Assembly: GCA_002633005.1 (NCBI GenBank)
Contig: NMRA01000150.1
Span: 1,976 to 65,975, forward strand
Direction of reading: 5' to 3'
DNA: 64,000 nt
Source: Phoronis australis
Lineage: Eukaryota; Animalia; Phoronida
In this document: piece after piece, positions 25,232-37,850 of the stretch
Layout of the letters: each line of letters opens with the position of its first letter
Numbering within the stretch: the first letter of the stretch is position 1
Made by a program: the position numbers and the translations under genes
Notes under the pieces: generated by a model
The model's database searches: none
What the model saw: the letters and a program-made list of their open reading frames with translations, nothing else
What the model was told of the DNA's origin: nothing

Positions 25232-26592
25232 TGAAGGAAAAGTTCCAAGTAGAAATTTGTTTCTGGCATTCTAATGCTGTGCTAATCTCGTATGTTGGTA
25301 AATTTGTTTTTAATTCTATGTTTCTGTGGTGCTTTAAGCAACTGGTGTATAGGATGTGCTTGTATTATGAAGATTACTCACATTTTGCCCCTAGCCTATT
25401 GAGGAGACAATGACCATGCCTTTCCATTTTGCAAAGTACAACATACTACATATATGCCCTCTACTGGCCACTTTATGGTACCAATAAACGACCCTAGAAG
25501 GTTACCGTATGTGGTGCAATTGTGGGCGCATTTCAACGCTCTGCGTTGCTCTTGTAAATAGGTTGCTTTAAATAGCATAAAAATTTATCATGAGGTAGTT
25601 GTAAAGTGATGCATCAAATTGTTAAAGAGAGCAACGCAACGGTTGTAGCTGTTACGCTTTAGTAAAAATACATATCCCTGATGATCTTAAAGACACAGCT
25701 TTCTGTTTTCATTACGTTACTCCTGGCAAATATTTACTACTCATGGAACAACAGAATATGATGTAGACATTCCTGCAAAAGGCTTGCATATTTTTAATGC
25801 ATTCAGTTCCATTGAGCATACAAAATATCCCAATCACTGTTGAACACAGTGTGTGGCAGTCATTTATGTTTTATCAATGGAAGTGAATGTAGAGTCACAT
25901 GGGGTCTTGTGCTGGGATGTTTCCATCACTGTTCCATGGATAGTAAATGCACACCAAGGAAACTGATTGCCACAGCAAAATGGCTCCCCAAGGTATGCAG
26001 GGATCTGTATTTTCACAAAAGGTATAATCAAAAATTGTTAGCTTACCCATTAACACTATTAAAGGCGGTGTGTGGCCATGGCAAAAAAATAAGCTGTGAA
26101 TTTTGAGGTAGCAGGTACAAAAATTGTGACTTCCTTCAGATGTGTTGTAGCATGTTTTCATACTGAAATAGCTTTTACTGAATTTTGATATTCAGCTCAA
26201 TGATAGTTTTATAAGCATTGGAAGTTCACTGTAGCCAGTTCCAGCTGTAAAACAATACAGCAATAGATACCGTAATTAAAATAGTGAAAATTGCCAATTC
26301 ATTTAGTTTTAGATACAGGTCAAAGCAGCCATTGATAATAACACTTACATAGAGGAAGTGTGTATGATCAAGGTACTTAACCAGTCGTTCGTAATTTACA
26401 CACAGCTGGGGATGTTTACCTGTGGTTGCTGGGGCTCTTGCGATGTCTTTAAACTTGGACAAAAATCCTTTGAATTTTTTGCCAGGGCCATCACCACAGG
26501 GGTTGTCGGTTGTCGGATAGGACCTTCCATACCGGTGGTTATAGAACTGTAGGAACGCATCTAGACAATCATCTCTCATTGCTCTCTTCCAG

Positions 26593-26744
26593 TCGGCACG
26601 TCTTCACAAACTGTCAGCTAGTCGCGACAATCGCCTTCTCTCTCCCACCCACCGGCTTCCACCAGTTAAAGCCAAGAAAAAAGCCAGCAAACGCTGCTAC
26701 GTATGTGCAAAGAAGACGGGCCTGGCTACCAGCTATCAATGCAG
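26593..26744 (+). CDS. ZFAND4: ZFAND4 exon 6, first half of the AN1 finger
   Basis: ...HRLPPVKAKKKASKRCYVCAKKTGLATSYQCR; cag / gtgcat; phase 0-2. Confidence 0.93.
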
Positions 26745-27249
26745 GTGCATAGTCTTGAATGTTTGTCAACTTGTTTGTAATGCCCATACACTGTCAGAAA
26801 AGTGACAGTATTTTTCAATTTACCAATCCAACTACGTTCTTATGGTGTAAGGAATGAGGCTAATGTTGTGTCGGCCACTAATATAGATTTTTCTCTGTGC
26901 ATCACCTGCTGGCAGTAGAAATTGTGAGTCCTAATCACCACTGACACAACTCACTGTAATAAAATATAGAAATCGGTATGCTTTAAATTTATTACTCCAA
27001 TGTGCATGGAACTCTACGAAATCAACTTGGAACAAATCTTTGAACACCTTTCACTTGATCACATGAAATTGCCTTTGGAGTAGTGACGTGACGACAAAAA
27101 TGTCAAAAAAAAACAAATCACTTATCAAGGAGGCTATTTTGTGACTTTCATGGCAGACAGCCTTTATAACCCCCCGGGTTTTTCACAGACGTTCCCGAAG
27201 CAATTTCAAAGCTCTGTTTTCGCGCTCCCACAAGTGATAGAATGATATT

Positions 27250-27756
27250 CAGGGCTTGGAATTTTCCGCGGAAATGCGGATTTCCGCTTTTTTCAAATGT
27301 GCTTTCCGCTTTTTTATAATATTTCCATGTAAAAAAATCGGATTTGATATAAAATTTCCGCGGCAAATTCCTTTCTTACCGCGGCGTTGCAGACGACGTT
27401 CACCTCGAAAAGCGGAAGTTGCTCTTTATGTTTCGGAGGAACGTAAATTGTCAACATTGCCGGGGCATCTGGGACAGCGTGGTGGGATTTTCAGTGGCGT
27501 CTCGTGTTATTGTTAAGCGCGGCGACAAATACTACCGCTCTGCAGCCAAAAATGTGTGGGTTGGGAGTGGACGGGCGAGCTAAAAGGACGCTGACGCATG
27601 CTACTATGGTGGTAACGTTTTTTTTTTGTTAGTCCTCCCGATTTTTGTCGGGGAAAGGTTAACATTGACCATTTCAAGGCTGGTTATCGGGCATGATTTG
27701 GGCCGTAAAAGTTTCAAAGTTTCCGCGTTTTTTGTCATTGGTCATTCCAAGCCCTG
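27250..27756. mobile_element. hAT-like MITE with 6-bp TSD, copy 2
   Basis: Same TIRs as 15749-16255; TSD gatatt. Confidence 0.9.
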
Positions 27757-28339
27757 GATATTTGAGTGCCCTCTAAATGAAAGCGCTCTGAGGAGCGAAC
27801 CTTGGCGAAATCAACCAAAAAGATGACGATAAAGATGATGACGAAGATGACGAATATGACGGCGATGGTGGCAAGGATGAACAAAAGAAGTAATAATAAC
27901 ATACACATGACGAACGTATAAGTCCGAAATCAGTAAGAAAAAGGATACAGTCTTGGCGAAATTAACGGAAAAAATAACGGCGGAGATGATGACGAAGATG
28001 ATGACGATGATGACGAATATGATGATGAACAACATCACAACATTCATATGATGAACTTAGATGTCATAAATCAATAAGAAATAGGCTGCAGTCTAGTTCC
28101 ATAGAAGATAAACCAACATCAATGCAGCAAGAGCGCTCAACAAAGGAACAGCGTTATCAGAAAATCTCACATAACTCGAAAAGTAGACGTTATAGCGAAA
28201 AATGGAAAACATCTTCTGAAAGCCCGTTCAAAATTCTATCTAAACTGATGGTATCGCCTAATTCCGTAAATTTTTCGAAAAAAATGAAATTTTGCGTTTT
28301 TTTAAGAAATTCAAAGTCAAATAACTCAAACGGTAAGTC

Positions 28340-28980
28340 TGAGAAACAAATTGTTAAGGCCATTTGAAAGATTATACTTTAAAGAATCTACATGCAAAAA
28401 ATGACGTCTTTCTTTTCCCGTTTAAAATCGCACTCCAGACGACTGAAAATGGGTCAACATGCGCCATATCCGCCATCTTGAAAGCAACTTCCAGTTTTTC
28501 GGCTTTGTATAATAGCATGTTAAAAGAAACTAATACCTGTAAAAATTCGAAGGAATTGGTCTTACAATATGCCCTCTAGAGGAGAAAACGTTTTCAGGCC
28601 AAAATCGATGTGCGCATGCGCGATCGCCGATATTTCCGCCATCTTTAACCGGAAGTAAACAATTTCCAGAATACTTGTAGCAATCTTCGTCTCCATTTAC
28701 TGTGCCGATTCTTAGCCTTTTACGTAAAAAGTTGTAGCCTCCAGAAGCATTTGAACCTTTAAATGAAAACAAAATGGCCGCCACAGCCGCCATCTTGGAT
28801 CCGATTTTGACGAAAAACAATAGGCTTCCAGTACTTCCGGAAGTACGTATTGTGTGTAAATTTCGTGACGATCGGACGAAAATTGCGACCTGTATCGTGC
28901 GAACAAACAAAAAAAACAAAAAAAAAACAAACTTGGTGACAGAGCAACATACTTGGCGAAATTTATTTCGCCAAGTAAAA
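28340..28980. mobile_element. Helentron/HINE-like repeat; related copy at about 62310-62932
   Basis: Shared core (aaaatggccgcc, cgccatctt), AAAC tract and terminal hairpin acttggcgaaat...atttcgccaagt. Confidence 0.65.
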
Positions 28981-30122
28981 ATTTAGTGTCAATTTGAATG
29001 TATTTAAACTCTGGTTTTGTAAAATTGCTTATGCTTGGCAAAGTTTTAGTGTCCAACCATTATGTTTCTTATATGGTTATGAGTCATTAGGAAATCCGTC
29101 GGCCTGTGGGTTATTACAGCAGTTATTCACTTATGTTGCAAAATTTGGGGCTTGCAATGGTAATCCAAGCTATGCCACTAGGTGGTGTTTTGTGAAAAAT
29201 TGTCATAAATAGTTTTAAGGACACGTCTTTATAGTGTTCAGTTAAAGGATGTTATGACAGAACTTTATTGGAATAAGTCGCATGAGGGTGAATAGCTTTC
29301 CCAGTATTGTAATGTTTGTTCTTGATGTTAATGTAAAGATGAACCTACCTTCTGTAAAATGTCTTATTTTTCATTTAGATCACTTATACGAAATTGTCCT
29401 TATATTGCTTACTGAAGTCAAGATTAGATATGATCCTGAGTTTGGTTCATTAAAGATGCTATGTCTCATTAAAACTGAATATTTAAATTTGTAGCAGGCA
29501 TCATCTATTGGCTTCCTGGAGAACTGTGCGTTCAAGTATAACCAGGAAAAGAAACAATTTGTAAATAAATTGCCGTTATAGAGAAAACACTTAACTTATT
29601 AAAATCCTAGTGATTCCAAATATTACGTAATCGTGATTTGATAATTAAATTAAACAAATAATAAAAACTGTTTCGTTAGGGTAACGGTGAAATGTTGCCG
29701 TACTCATTTACATAAAAATAGTCTCGCAAAACGAGAGTTTCACGAGATTGTAATGGTGACTGGTTCTCGGATGGTTTCTGTCGCACTGGAGGACCCGTGG
29801 TTGTTTGTAAATTAGTACTTCATTTGCAAATACACAATTTAATGAGACTAGGCATCTTAAATGCTGGAGACATGGCTCTTAAAGTTGACTTGACCTGGAG
29901 AGCAATTTTATGCACCAACCATGACTGTAAGCAATAATGAACGATCAGAAATCACTTTTAAACTTAGTAGGTAACAAGTTATCAGTTTTATTTTACATGA
30001 AATGGACTTCTTTTGAGTTACTCTTTGTGATGGATGGTGGATTGAGATGAGCTTTTACAAGAATTTACTTATATGAAATTTACTGTTTTATCATTCTTGA
30101 ACTGATTTGATTTTTATTTCAG

Positions 30123-30258
30123 ATGTGGAAACAACTTCTGTGCTACCCATCGTTATGCGGAATCCCATGATTGCACTTTTGATTACAAAACAGAGGGACG
30201 GAAACTACTCGAACAAAGCAACCCTGTCGTCAGTGCACCAAAACTGCCAAAGATATAA
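30123..30258 (+). CDS. ZFAND4: ZFAND4 exon 7, terminal coding exon
   Basis: CGNNFCATHRYAESHDCTFDYKTEGRKLLEQSNPVVSAPKLPKI*; joined CDS is 1698 nt (565 aa from 13945) with all phases compatible. Confidence 0.96.
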
Positions 30259-30887
30259 TTAAAATTATTTAGTTTGTTGCAACAGCAGCTCAAAATGTTG
30301 AACCGTAATTGGAACCTCCATGCAAACACGAAATATATATTTGAGATACCTTTCTTTCATTAAAAAAAATTAACTTGCCATAGGTTCTGTTTAGAATGCA
30401 CCAGAGCAGGCAAAAAGTGTTGTTTTCTAATTTTTATGTTTTAGAATTAAGTCCTATATTGTCAGGGCAGATGTTTCCCTTCAATATAACGTGTGAGCTA
30501 CCTGAGCACCTGTGTTTCAGAGTGTTTCAAACAGGTCTGTGTCATTTCCCTAGTTGCCAGCCATTAGGTGGGCGTGACTGGACAAAGTAGCTAACATTTG
30601 GTTGTTGACAAAAATTGGAGATGTCTCAAATTACATTTTTTTAATTTCCGATGTTTCTGTCTATGGGAACTCTGTAATTGTCTCTAGGTAGGTGCAATAT
30701 CGTTCATTCACAAAGGTCTGGGTTTGGTGGTATGTTATTCTCACTGATGCAATGTTTGTGAGCATACTATGCATATGCTTTATGAGCATTGCTAAATATA
30801 TGGAACTTTGTTTTTGTTAGATCAGTGGCTACCGGCATTTATGGTTTGCTTTATAGGCTGAATTTATGCAAGAGTAGGATTCAGTAT

Positions 30888-31111
30888 CATTCGCGCACCC
30901 AAAGGGTGGCGAAGTGGGGACAAAGGTCCACCTCAGAGAAACAAAAAGTCGGAGAAAAGGAGACAAAAGTCCACTAAAAAGGCGGGAATGTACAATTCAT
31001 AGCTCTGAACCTGCTAACCCGTTTTTTTTTAATCCCCCGTTTTTTTGTTGGTAAAAGGTCCACATCGTCGAAAATTCGAACCCCCTATGTTTTTGGCTGG
31101 GTGCGCGCATG
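30888..31111. mobile_element. MITE, CATGCGCGCACC family
   Basis: TIRs present; flanks agtat / agtgt. Confidence 0.7.
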
Positions 31112-31278
31112 AGTGTTGACCCAACCACAAATGTTGTCTTAGTGTCAAATATTCCTCAAATTTGTGCATTGTGTCCTGTGGACCTCGTTTCACCATTAAA
31201 TTGTTATCTTTACGTTTTTGCTGTGATGACAGTTCAGTTGTAGGTATTGTTTATATATTTATGTATATATTCACGTAA

Positions 31279-31310
<32 letters not shown>

Positions 31311-31330
31311 GGTGTGTGTTTGGATGTGTG
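31279..31330. repeat. (TG)n microsatellite
   Basis: Visible directly. Confidence 0.95.
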
Positions 31331-31615
31331 CGTCTGGCCACTGAAGATCGGGAGCCTACAAAACGTATACCCCAAAGTGCACAAACAGATATTTGGGACC
31401 ATACTCCATGGAGAACTTAAATTCATTGGTTGTTCTTGGAAGTGCTGATAAGTTGGTTTGTCTTTTCCAGCGAAATTGTGTGGTAGGGTGATGTTCTTAA
31501 TGAAAGGTTCTACAACATAAAAGATATTTGCAATCTTCAGTTATGCATGGTTTTTATGTCTTCTAGAACGGAATTGGATACTAATACTTGGTGTTTGGTG
31601 CAAAGGTCTGTTTAA

Positions 31616-31928
31616 TTAATTAATTAATAACATTTATTGTACATCATAGGCATTGCCTACACATACACAAATTCAAATGTAAATTGAGAATACTTACAGA
31701 GAGCAGGTCTTCTCTTAATGTCATAGCCTTCTAAGTATACAATGCAAGGCGCTGGATATTGTTATGAATTTTCTGTTGGAATAACCTAACAAGAGAAAAG
31801 TTATCATTCACAAGCTCTGGTAGATTTCTCTAAGGTCTCCAAGTACAAGGCATGGACACATGGAATGAGGCTCATCTTGAATTTCACCCAGATTGCATAT
31901 GCAGCATATTCTTTCACTTCTAGGAATA
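31616..31928 (-). mobile_element. 5'-truncated LINE 3' end (RTE-X/L2-like zinc knuckle)
   Basis: IPRSERICCICNLGEIQDEPH...C on -, then AATAAA and a (TAAT)n tail; flanked by ~150-bp direct repeats. Confidence 0.6.
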
Positions 31929-32607
31929 CCAGCGAAGCTGTGTGGTAGGGTGATGTTCTTGATGGAAGGTTCTAGAACATAGAAGATATTTTCAATCTTC
32001 AGTTATGCATGGTCTTTGTGTCTTCTAGAATGGAATTGGATACTAATACATGGGGTTTGGTGGCAAAGGTCTGTTTAAGAGAGGGTTGTATGAAGTGAGT
32101 GAGGCCGGAAAGGAGAGTTTACTTATGTAGTAGCATCTTTAATTAACTTGGATAAAATTTGGTGAAAAATTCCTTCTTTTTCCACCTTTAAATCAAAATT
32201 GTAGCTGCCTGGCTTTCCAAAATTCACTTTTGGTTAAAGTGACATTAAGTGGAAAAATTAGATCAGTTGAATTGAAGATTACTTATGTTTAAAATGGTGT
32301 TTATAAAAACACGATTCCCTCTTTTGAACAGACCTTAAGTATAAGCTGCTTCATCTCCTCTCTCGCTGAAGTTCTTGCTTTCCAACTAAACACTTTGGAC
32401 ATGGTATAGTAATAAAAATTGTTTTGCTTCTCAGGCTAACTAGTTAGGTGCTATGGTATTAGTGATCTCGTGTGCTATGAAATACTGCGTGTAAAGGGGG
32501 CAAATATTCATCATGCCAAGTTCTCATCGGTTGCACTGAAACAGGTGTCTGTCATGTTGTGAATAGTTATACTTTTTATGTACCCAATGTGTCTATTTTT
32601 CATTTGA

Positions 32608-32613
32608 AATAAA
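32608..32613 (+). terminator. Candidate ZFAND4 polyadenylation signal (another at 32411)
   Basis: AATAAA followed by CA and a T-rich tract. Confidence 0.4.
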
Positions 32614-33327
32614 ATCTACAATATTGTTTTTTGATTTTTCTTAGGTTGAGATCATGGCTCATCAAGACATTGTTAGGGGGACAAGAAACATGAACCTGCG
32701 TCAAAATTCACGGAGATCAATTTCATCAAGAGTTATTTCAGATTGGCAAATTTCAAGACTCCCTGAAGTTGTTGTTGGTGTAGATTTTCCGTAATTTCAA
32801 CCTGCCACAAATTCACTCGCATCGTTTTTAGCAGGAAATGTGTTTACTGTGGGCAAAAAGTGTAGCTATGTATGTAATATTACAAACAACAGTGAAGAAT
32901 GAAGTCCTCTTGGGAACACCAATTTATTTATCGTACTTCTTGCATTCTCAATTTTGATGCAACAGTGGCACGATATAGGGTATTGTGAAAATGCGCATTT
33001 TAAAATGCGTCGATTATCGTTTCGCCACCAAAATCTGTGGAAACTTCTAAATCATGCCGAGAGAAACGAAAGTCCTCATCTCGGTCCCGGCTCCGCTCCG
33101 CCAATGAGAACGTACCCGTACGTCCCCTGTCTTCCACTGGCCAGTACGGAAGCGCGCCCCCTGTATTCACTTTACTCTATATCGTGCCATCAATTTTGAA
33201 AACCTTCCGCTATCTTTGAAAGACTGTTATGAAAGTCAGTGCAATAAATACGCGGGTCCAGAAAGCTAAAAAAGGCATTGTATCTGCGCTATCTTTTGAT
33301 TAGTAAGTGTCGACAACAGACTGCAGC

Positions 33328-33457
33328 AGTGACGGATTTAGAGGGGGGCCTAGGTCCCCCTAAAATTCTTCCAGTTTACATTTGCAAGATGGGGCAAAAT
33401 CCTGACCAATACTCTGTCATGGCCCCTCCGTAACTCAAAACCCTGGATCCGCCTCTG
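33328..33457. mobile_element. Small hAT-like MITE; related element at about 8567-8723
   Basis: cagtgacggat...atccgcctctg; flanks tgcag / tacag. Confidence 0.55.
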
Positions 33458-36416
33458 TACAGTTCCAGTCTTCGTACAAGATGCCAGACTCGATGACCAC
33501 TAAAGCCAGTTGACTGGGTTTAACGTCGCACTAAAAAAGAGCAAAACTCAGAAGGGTACTTATCATGTGTGTCATATGCGGGACGTGTCACTCGGGGCCA
33601 GATTCCCTGTCGAAGCTAAGTGCCTTGGACAAAATTCCCAACCGTAAGCGTTCGCTTTTTCAGTGCCAAAGGTTCCGCTTGTTGTAGCAGAACTCTGGAG
33701 TTTTGTGGTTAATTAAAGTTAAAGATATTAGATATTTTAATATCTAAAATACCTATAGAAGAATAAAACGTCATTGATGCGATCCATTTCACAACAATTC
33801 ACCATGCTTGATGTATAATGGCAGAACGAATGTTACGGGGATTACACTGGAAGGCACGCACAAATGCCTGGACGTGAGCGTCCGGGAACTGAGGGAGCGA
33901 AACTCGAATAGAAGTAGGCCTACTGATCCTATTCCCGGGGTGTGGAGCCAGAAATATTCAGAATTGAGCCGTGTTGACGTGATTTCAAGTGCATTCCCTT
34001 GATAGAGTGTTTCAACACGGCAAGTTGAGGGATAAAAGTGCTGGTCAATTGCAGAAATCTGTTTACAACTGTCAATGCTTTGCGGACAATCCCTAAAACT
34101 GACAGATAATCTTAAACAAATCCCATGTCAGACACAATTCAATTGGCATACGAGAAATCTTCGCTTCCATTATTGGACCGCAAAATGACTATTTGCCTTA
34201 TACACTGGAATCTTGGTTAAGATTAATTATATGAATCGTATCTTCTTGTAATTACAGTCCAGTTTAAGCCCAATCGAGCCAAGCAGCCAATAACCCGCCC
34301 TTTCATAAAAGTTAATTTTAATTAAAATGCGTGTGGCCGCCCTGCTGAAGAAAACTTATTTGCCTTAATTTCTCTAAGAATTTGGACCGATTTTAAAAAC
34401 TCAAAACGGCCATATTTACTGTTTGTTTTTTGACTTTGAAACTCGTACGCGGCTTAAAAAGGTGCAATGTTACGACAGCAGTTAAACCATCCGGCCCAAT
34501 TTGACACGTTCGGCCCGACAATTACCTACCAGCATATAACTCACTGCGCCATGAAGCCAAGTTTTTGCGAACTTCAATGGAGACTATGGGGTGAAAGACG
34601 GATGCACGCATTGTTATCTACTTGCGTGCAAACAGTGTTAGCGTACGAGTTGCTGCAGACACAACACGAAGCCTCTCGGATGGCTGTCTAAAAGCTACAA
34701 TACTCCCCATCGCTTTCTGAACAAATCATATTCCCCGTTTATTTTAAACGGGAAGTAGGCTAATAAGGCTTTCACCTCGTCAAAAATACATTTCACACTT
34801 AAATATTATGACTTAAAAAGGCGCTTATTTAAAATCAGCGATATTTTCAGGTGGTTCACCTTCGAAGAAGCAGTGTCTACGGGAACCGGCTTAAGAAGAA
34901 GTTTGGCGAAGAATTCCAAATACTTTTAGTTGGTCGCCACGGGAATATCACGAGCTCATGCACATTATGAGTTTCAATATTTTACTTAACGGATGAATCT
35001 TAATTCACTAAGCAGGATATGCTTTCAATAAAACAGAATTGACAAGTACGCGAGCACATTTTATTTCAATTTGAATAACGAAACAGTTCTCTCCTGCTTC
35101 CGAATCACCGCGAATGGTAGCAGATAATAATAACCTGTGAAAATCAACTTTGGATCTTGTTTGGTTTCTGAAAAAAATAATCCAAATTGAGCACGGTAAA
35201 TTTAACTCTATTAAATAAAATAAATCCTGTTTAAATTATAATTAACTCCTGTTTTGTAAATTCAATACTACCTTTTTAAGTCATTCCTGTTTTGTAAATT
35301 CCCAACCCTGTTCAGAAGCGAACCTGTTTCTTTGAACCCAGCGTGTTTTATAAAATCGACCCTGTTTTGTCAATCCTGTTGGCGATTCACAAAACCAACC
35401 CTGTTACGAAAATCGATCGTGTTTTATAAATCGAGTCGGATTCGTCAATCCTGTCGGCGATTCCTATAACTAATACCGCTACGAAAGGCCGAGGCCCGCA
35501 TCAGTAATAACGCTGCTCCTTAGGCAGATTTAAGAGCCTTCAGAAACGAATGCTCAAGGTTGTATATATATAAATTTCCATCATAAAAATCGTCTGGAAG
35601 AATCTGTTTTTGACGTCAGGGTGTGCCCCGGGAGGTTATCTAATGGATAAACCGATCAGCGCTATCTTGAGGCTTGGGGACGAGGGTGCGAGATTGTGCT
35701 GTGGGGGCACAGAACAGTTCTCACAGGAGTTTGCCGATCAGAACACACGTCAATGGCCTCGCCACCCTTTCTTAACCTGTCAAAAACTGCAGGCAAAGAA
35801 TGAAAAGTTTTGAGTCATGTCACATTACAAGCCCTACGAGATAAGCGCTGAAACTTTATTATCTCTTGTATTTTTCACAGGCGTCCTCAGCTCATCGTCG
35901 GTCCCCATTACACTATATAAAACGTTCGGGTGTTTACGCCCATGCTCACTTAACCGCCCATCCCCTACTTTAAGTGGCCCTCTACGATTTTTGGAGATTT
36001 CCAGTTAAGCACACACCTCTCGGTTAAGCACCCATCCCCGACTTTTGAAAATTAATGATTACGCGACCTCTGATAAGTAAGCGCGCGATTACCCATTTTT
36101 AGATATAAATCGATGATAATAAAGAATGCAACGTCAGCGCCGAAGACGGTGGTTTGACAATGTGAATTATAATACAAGTCACACAAATTATTGTCCCGGG
36201 TCATGGATTTGCTTAAAAATGTGGTACCTTGAACGCTTTGTCACTTTATTTCCTTCATATGTTCGCAAAACTAAGAACCCCGACGGCTTCATTACCTACA
36301 ATTTCGGCGGTTCCGTCTGCCGCGCTAATTTTCCGTCTGCAGTGTTCTGGATAAAACATACTGTATTCGAAAAGATAAAGCCAGAGAAATGTGACAGTGG
36401 TCTTGCCAACAATCCT

Positions 36417-36569
36417 GCCTCCCGTTCAGTAACGCTAGGACCTCGCTAAAAAGCAAGACTTCGCGAGATTACGTGAGATATTGCCGTGTATTTTAAATAA
36501 GAACACGTGAACTTGGCTAGTCTTTGGCTAGGTCCTACCGTAGGTCCTAACGTCTACTGAACGCACGCC
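36417..36569. mobile_element. ~150-bp MITE; inverted copy at 48740-48891
   Basis: cgttcagta...tactgaacg TIRs. Confidence 0.7.
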
Positions 36570-37796
36570 ATATTCGCTTTAGGTGGGAAGCTCTCGGATT
36601 TTGAAGAATTCCCTTAACTTTTGAATATTTTTTCTACCTGCCTTTTTAGCCCTCCCGAATAATTTTGTTTCTTCATTGGCTAGTTTCAGCCAGAAAAAAA
36701 TCCTTCCCATTCGAGTCTAAAATATCTACAACGTAAGCTGACTGAAAATTGATCTATCGCCAGGATTTTGAGTGACGGCTTTTAAGTTAAAACTGACCAT
36801 TTAGAACGTAGCATTATTGACGCACCTTCCGAGCCGCCGTTTTACCCGACAAACAACACGTTGCCGGGTAAAACTTGTTGTTTGTTAGTCGACATTACGC
36901 AAAGGGGCGGAGCTTGCGATAGGCAGCAGTGGGAGGGGGTGAACCCCTGGGGCCTAGGGAACATCGAGCCGCGAATTATCAGAACTGAGAGTTTTGGGGT
37001 ACGTTGTTTTTTTTAAAAAGAGTAGGAGACCCAAGTTCAGTGTAAAATAAACACCCGGTCAGCTTAAACCTACAGTCAAGCCGCTGTCGCTGTTCTCTTT
37101 TGATGTGCGAATTTGGTGTGGTGAGCGCGCGTGAGTTCAAACGCTCTGGAGTGCAAGTTACCTTGACTGCACGTGTGATTGACAGGTGCCTCATATGCGC
37201 GTGCTCAACCCCAGAAAGAAGGTTCTTTTGCCGCTGTCTTTTGCAATAAAAAACGAGACGCATATTGAACAGGCCGATTACTTGCCGACATTTCCAAGTC
37301 GCGATCGTTTGCGGGGACATTGCGCGCAAACAGCGGGACCAATCAGTGTCGCAGTACGATATTATTGGTAATATAATAGGATAATCTGTAAATCTTGCAT
37401 GTAAAATAAAAATGTGTTTTTTCACCACAAAATTTGGTAAGTTGATCGTTTAACAATGAATAGAAACATCGCTGTTTTGTGACGTTTTATCACATATGTA
37501 TGCCGTGGCCCGTACATTGGAAATTTCAGGTCGCATGTTACGACCACAGGCACTTGGGTTTATCGCAAATGACGTCACTCAATAATACATATAAGAAAAC
37601 ATCACGTCCTTGAATTTGTGATTTTGGCATTCTTTTGTCATTTTTGTTGCCAAATCACCACTCGACGGCAATTTGAAGAGATCGTATGACAGAAAGTATT
37701 CTAAGAGTTGTCCGATGCTAGTTTCGTGGAGTTCCATGCACATTTGAGTAAAAAATTCTGAGCAAACAGATTTCGAGTGTCCAACCTTTATGTTTT

Positions 37797-37798
<2 letters not shown>

Positions 37799-37849
<51 letters not shown>

Positions 37850-37850
37850 T
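37799..37850. repeat. (TA)n microsatellite inside an inverted-repeat element (about 37540-37895)
   Basis: TA tract; cttgggtttatcgcaaatgacgtcact and its reverse complement flank the region. Confidence 0.85.

Noticed and set aside
24946-25269. ORFs spanning X runs
   Set aside because: Artefacts of the N gap
26400-26545. Possible SINE or structured RNA in intron 5
   Set aside because: No clear A/B boxes and no second copy in the window
26510-26752. 80-aa ORF over exon 6
   Set aside because: Wrong frame; the AN1 finger is read in another frame from 26593
27811-28047. Hydrophobic 78-aa ORF
   Set aside because: Antisense reading of a (GAT/GAC)n low-complexity tract
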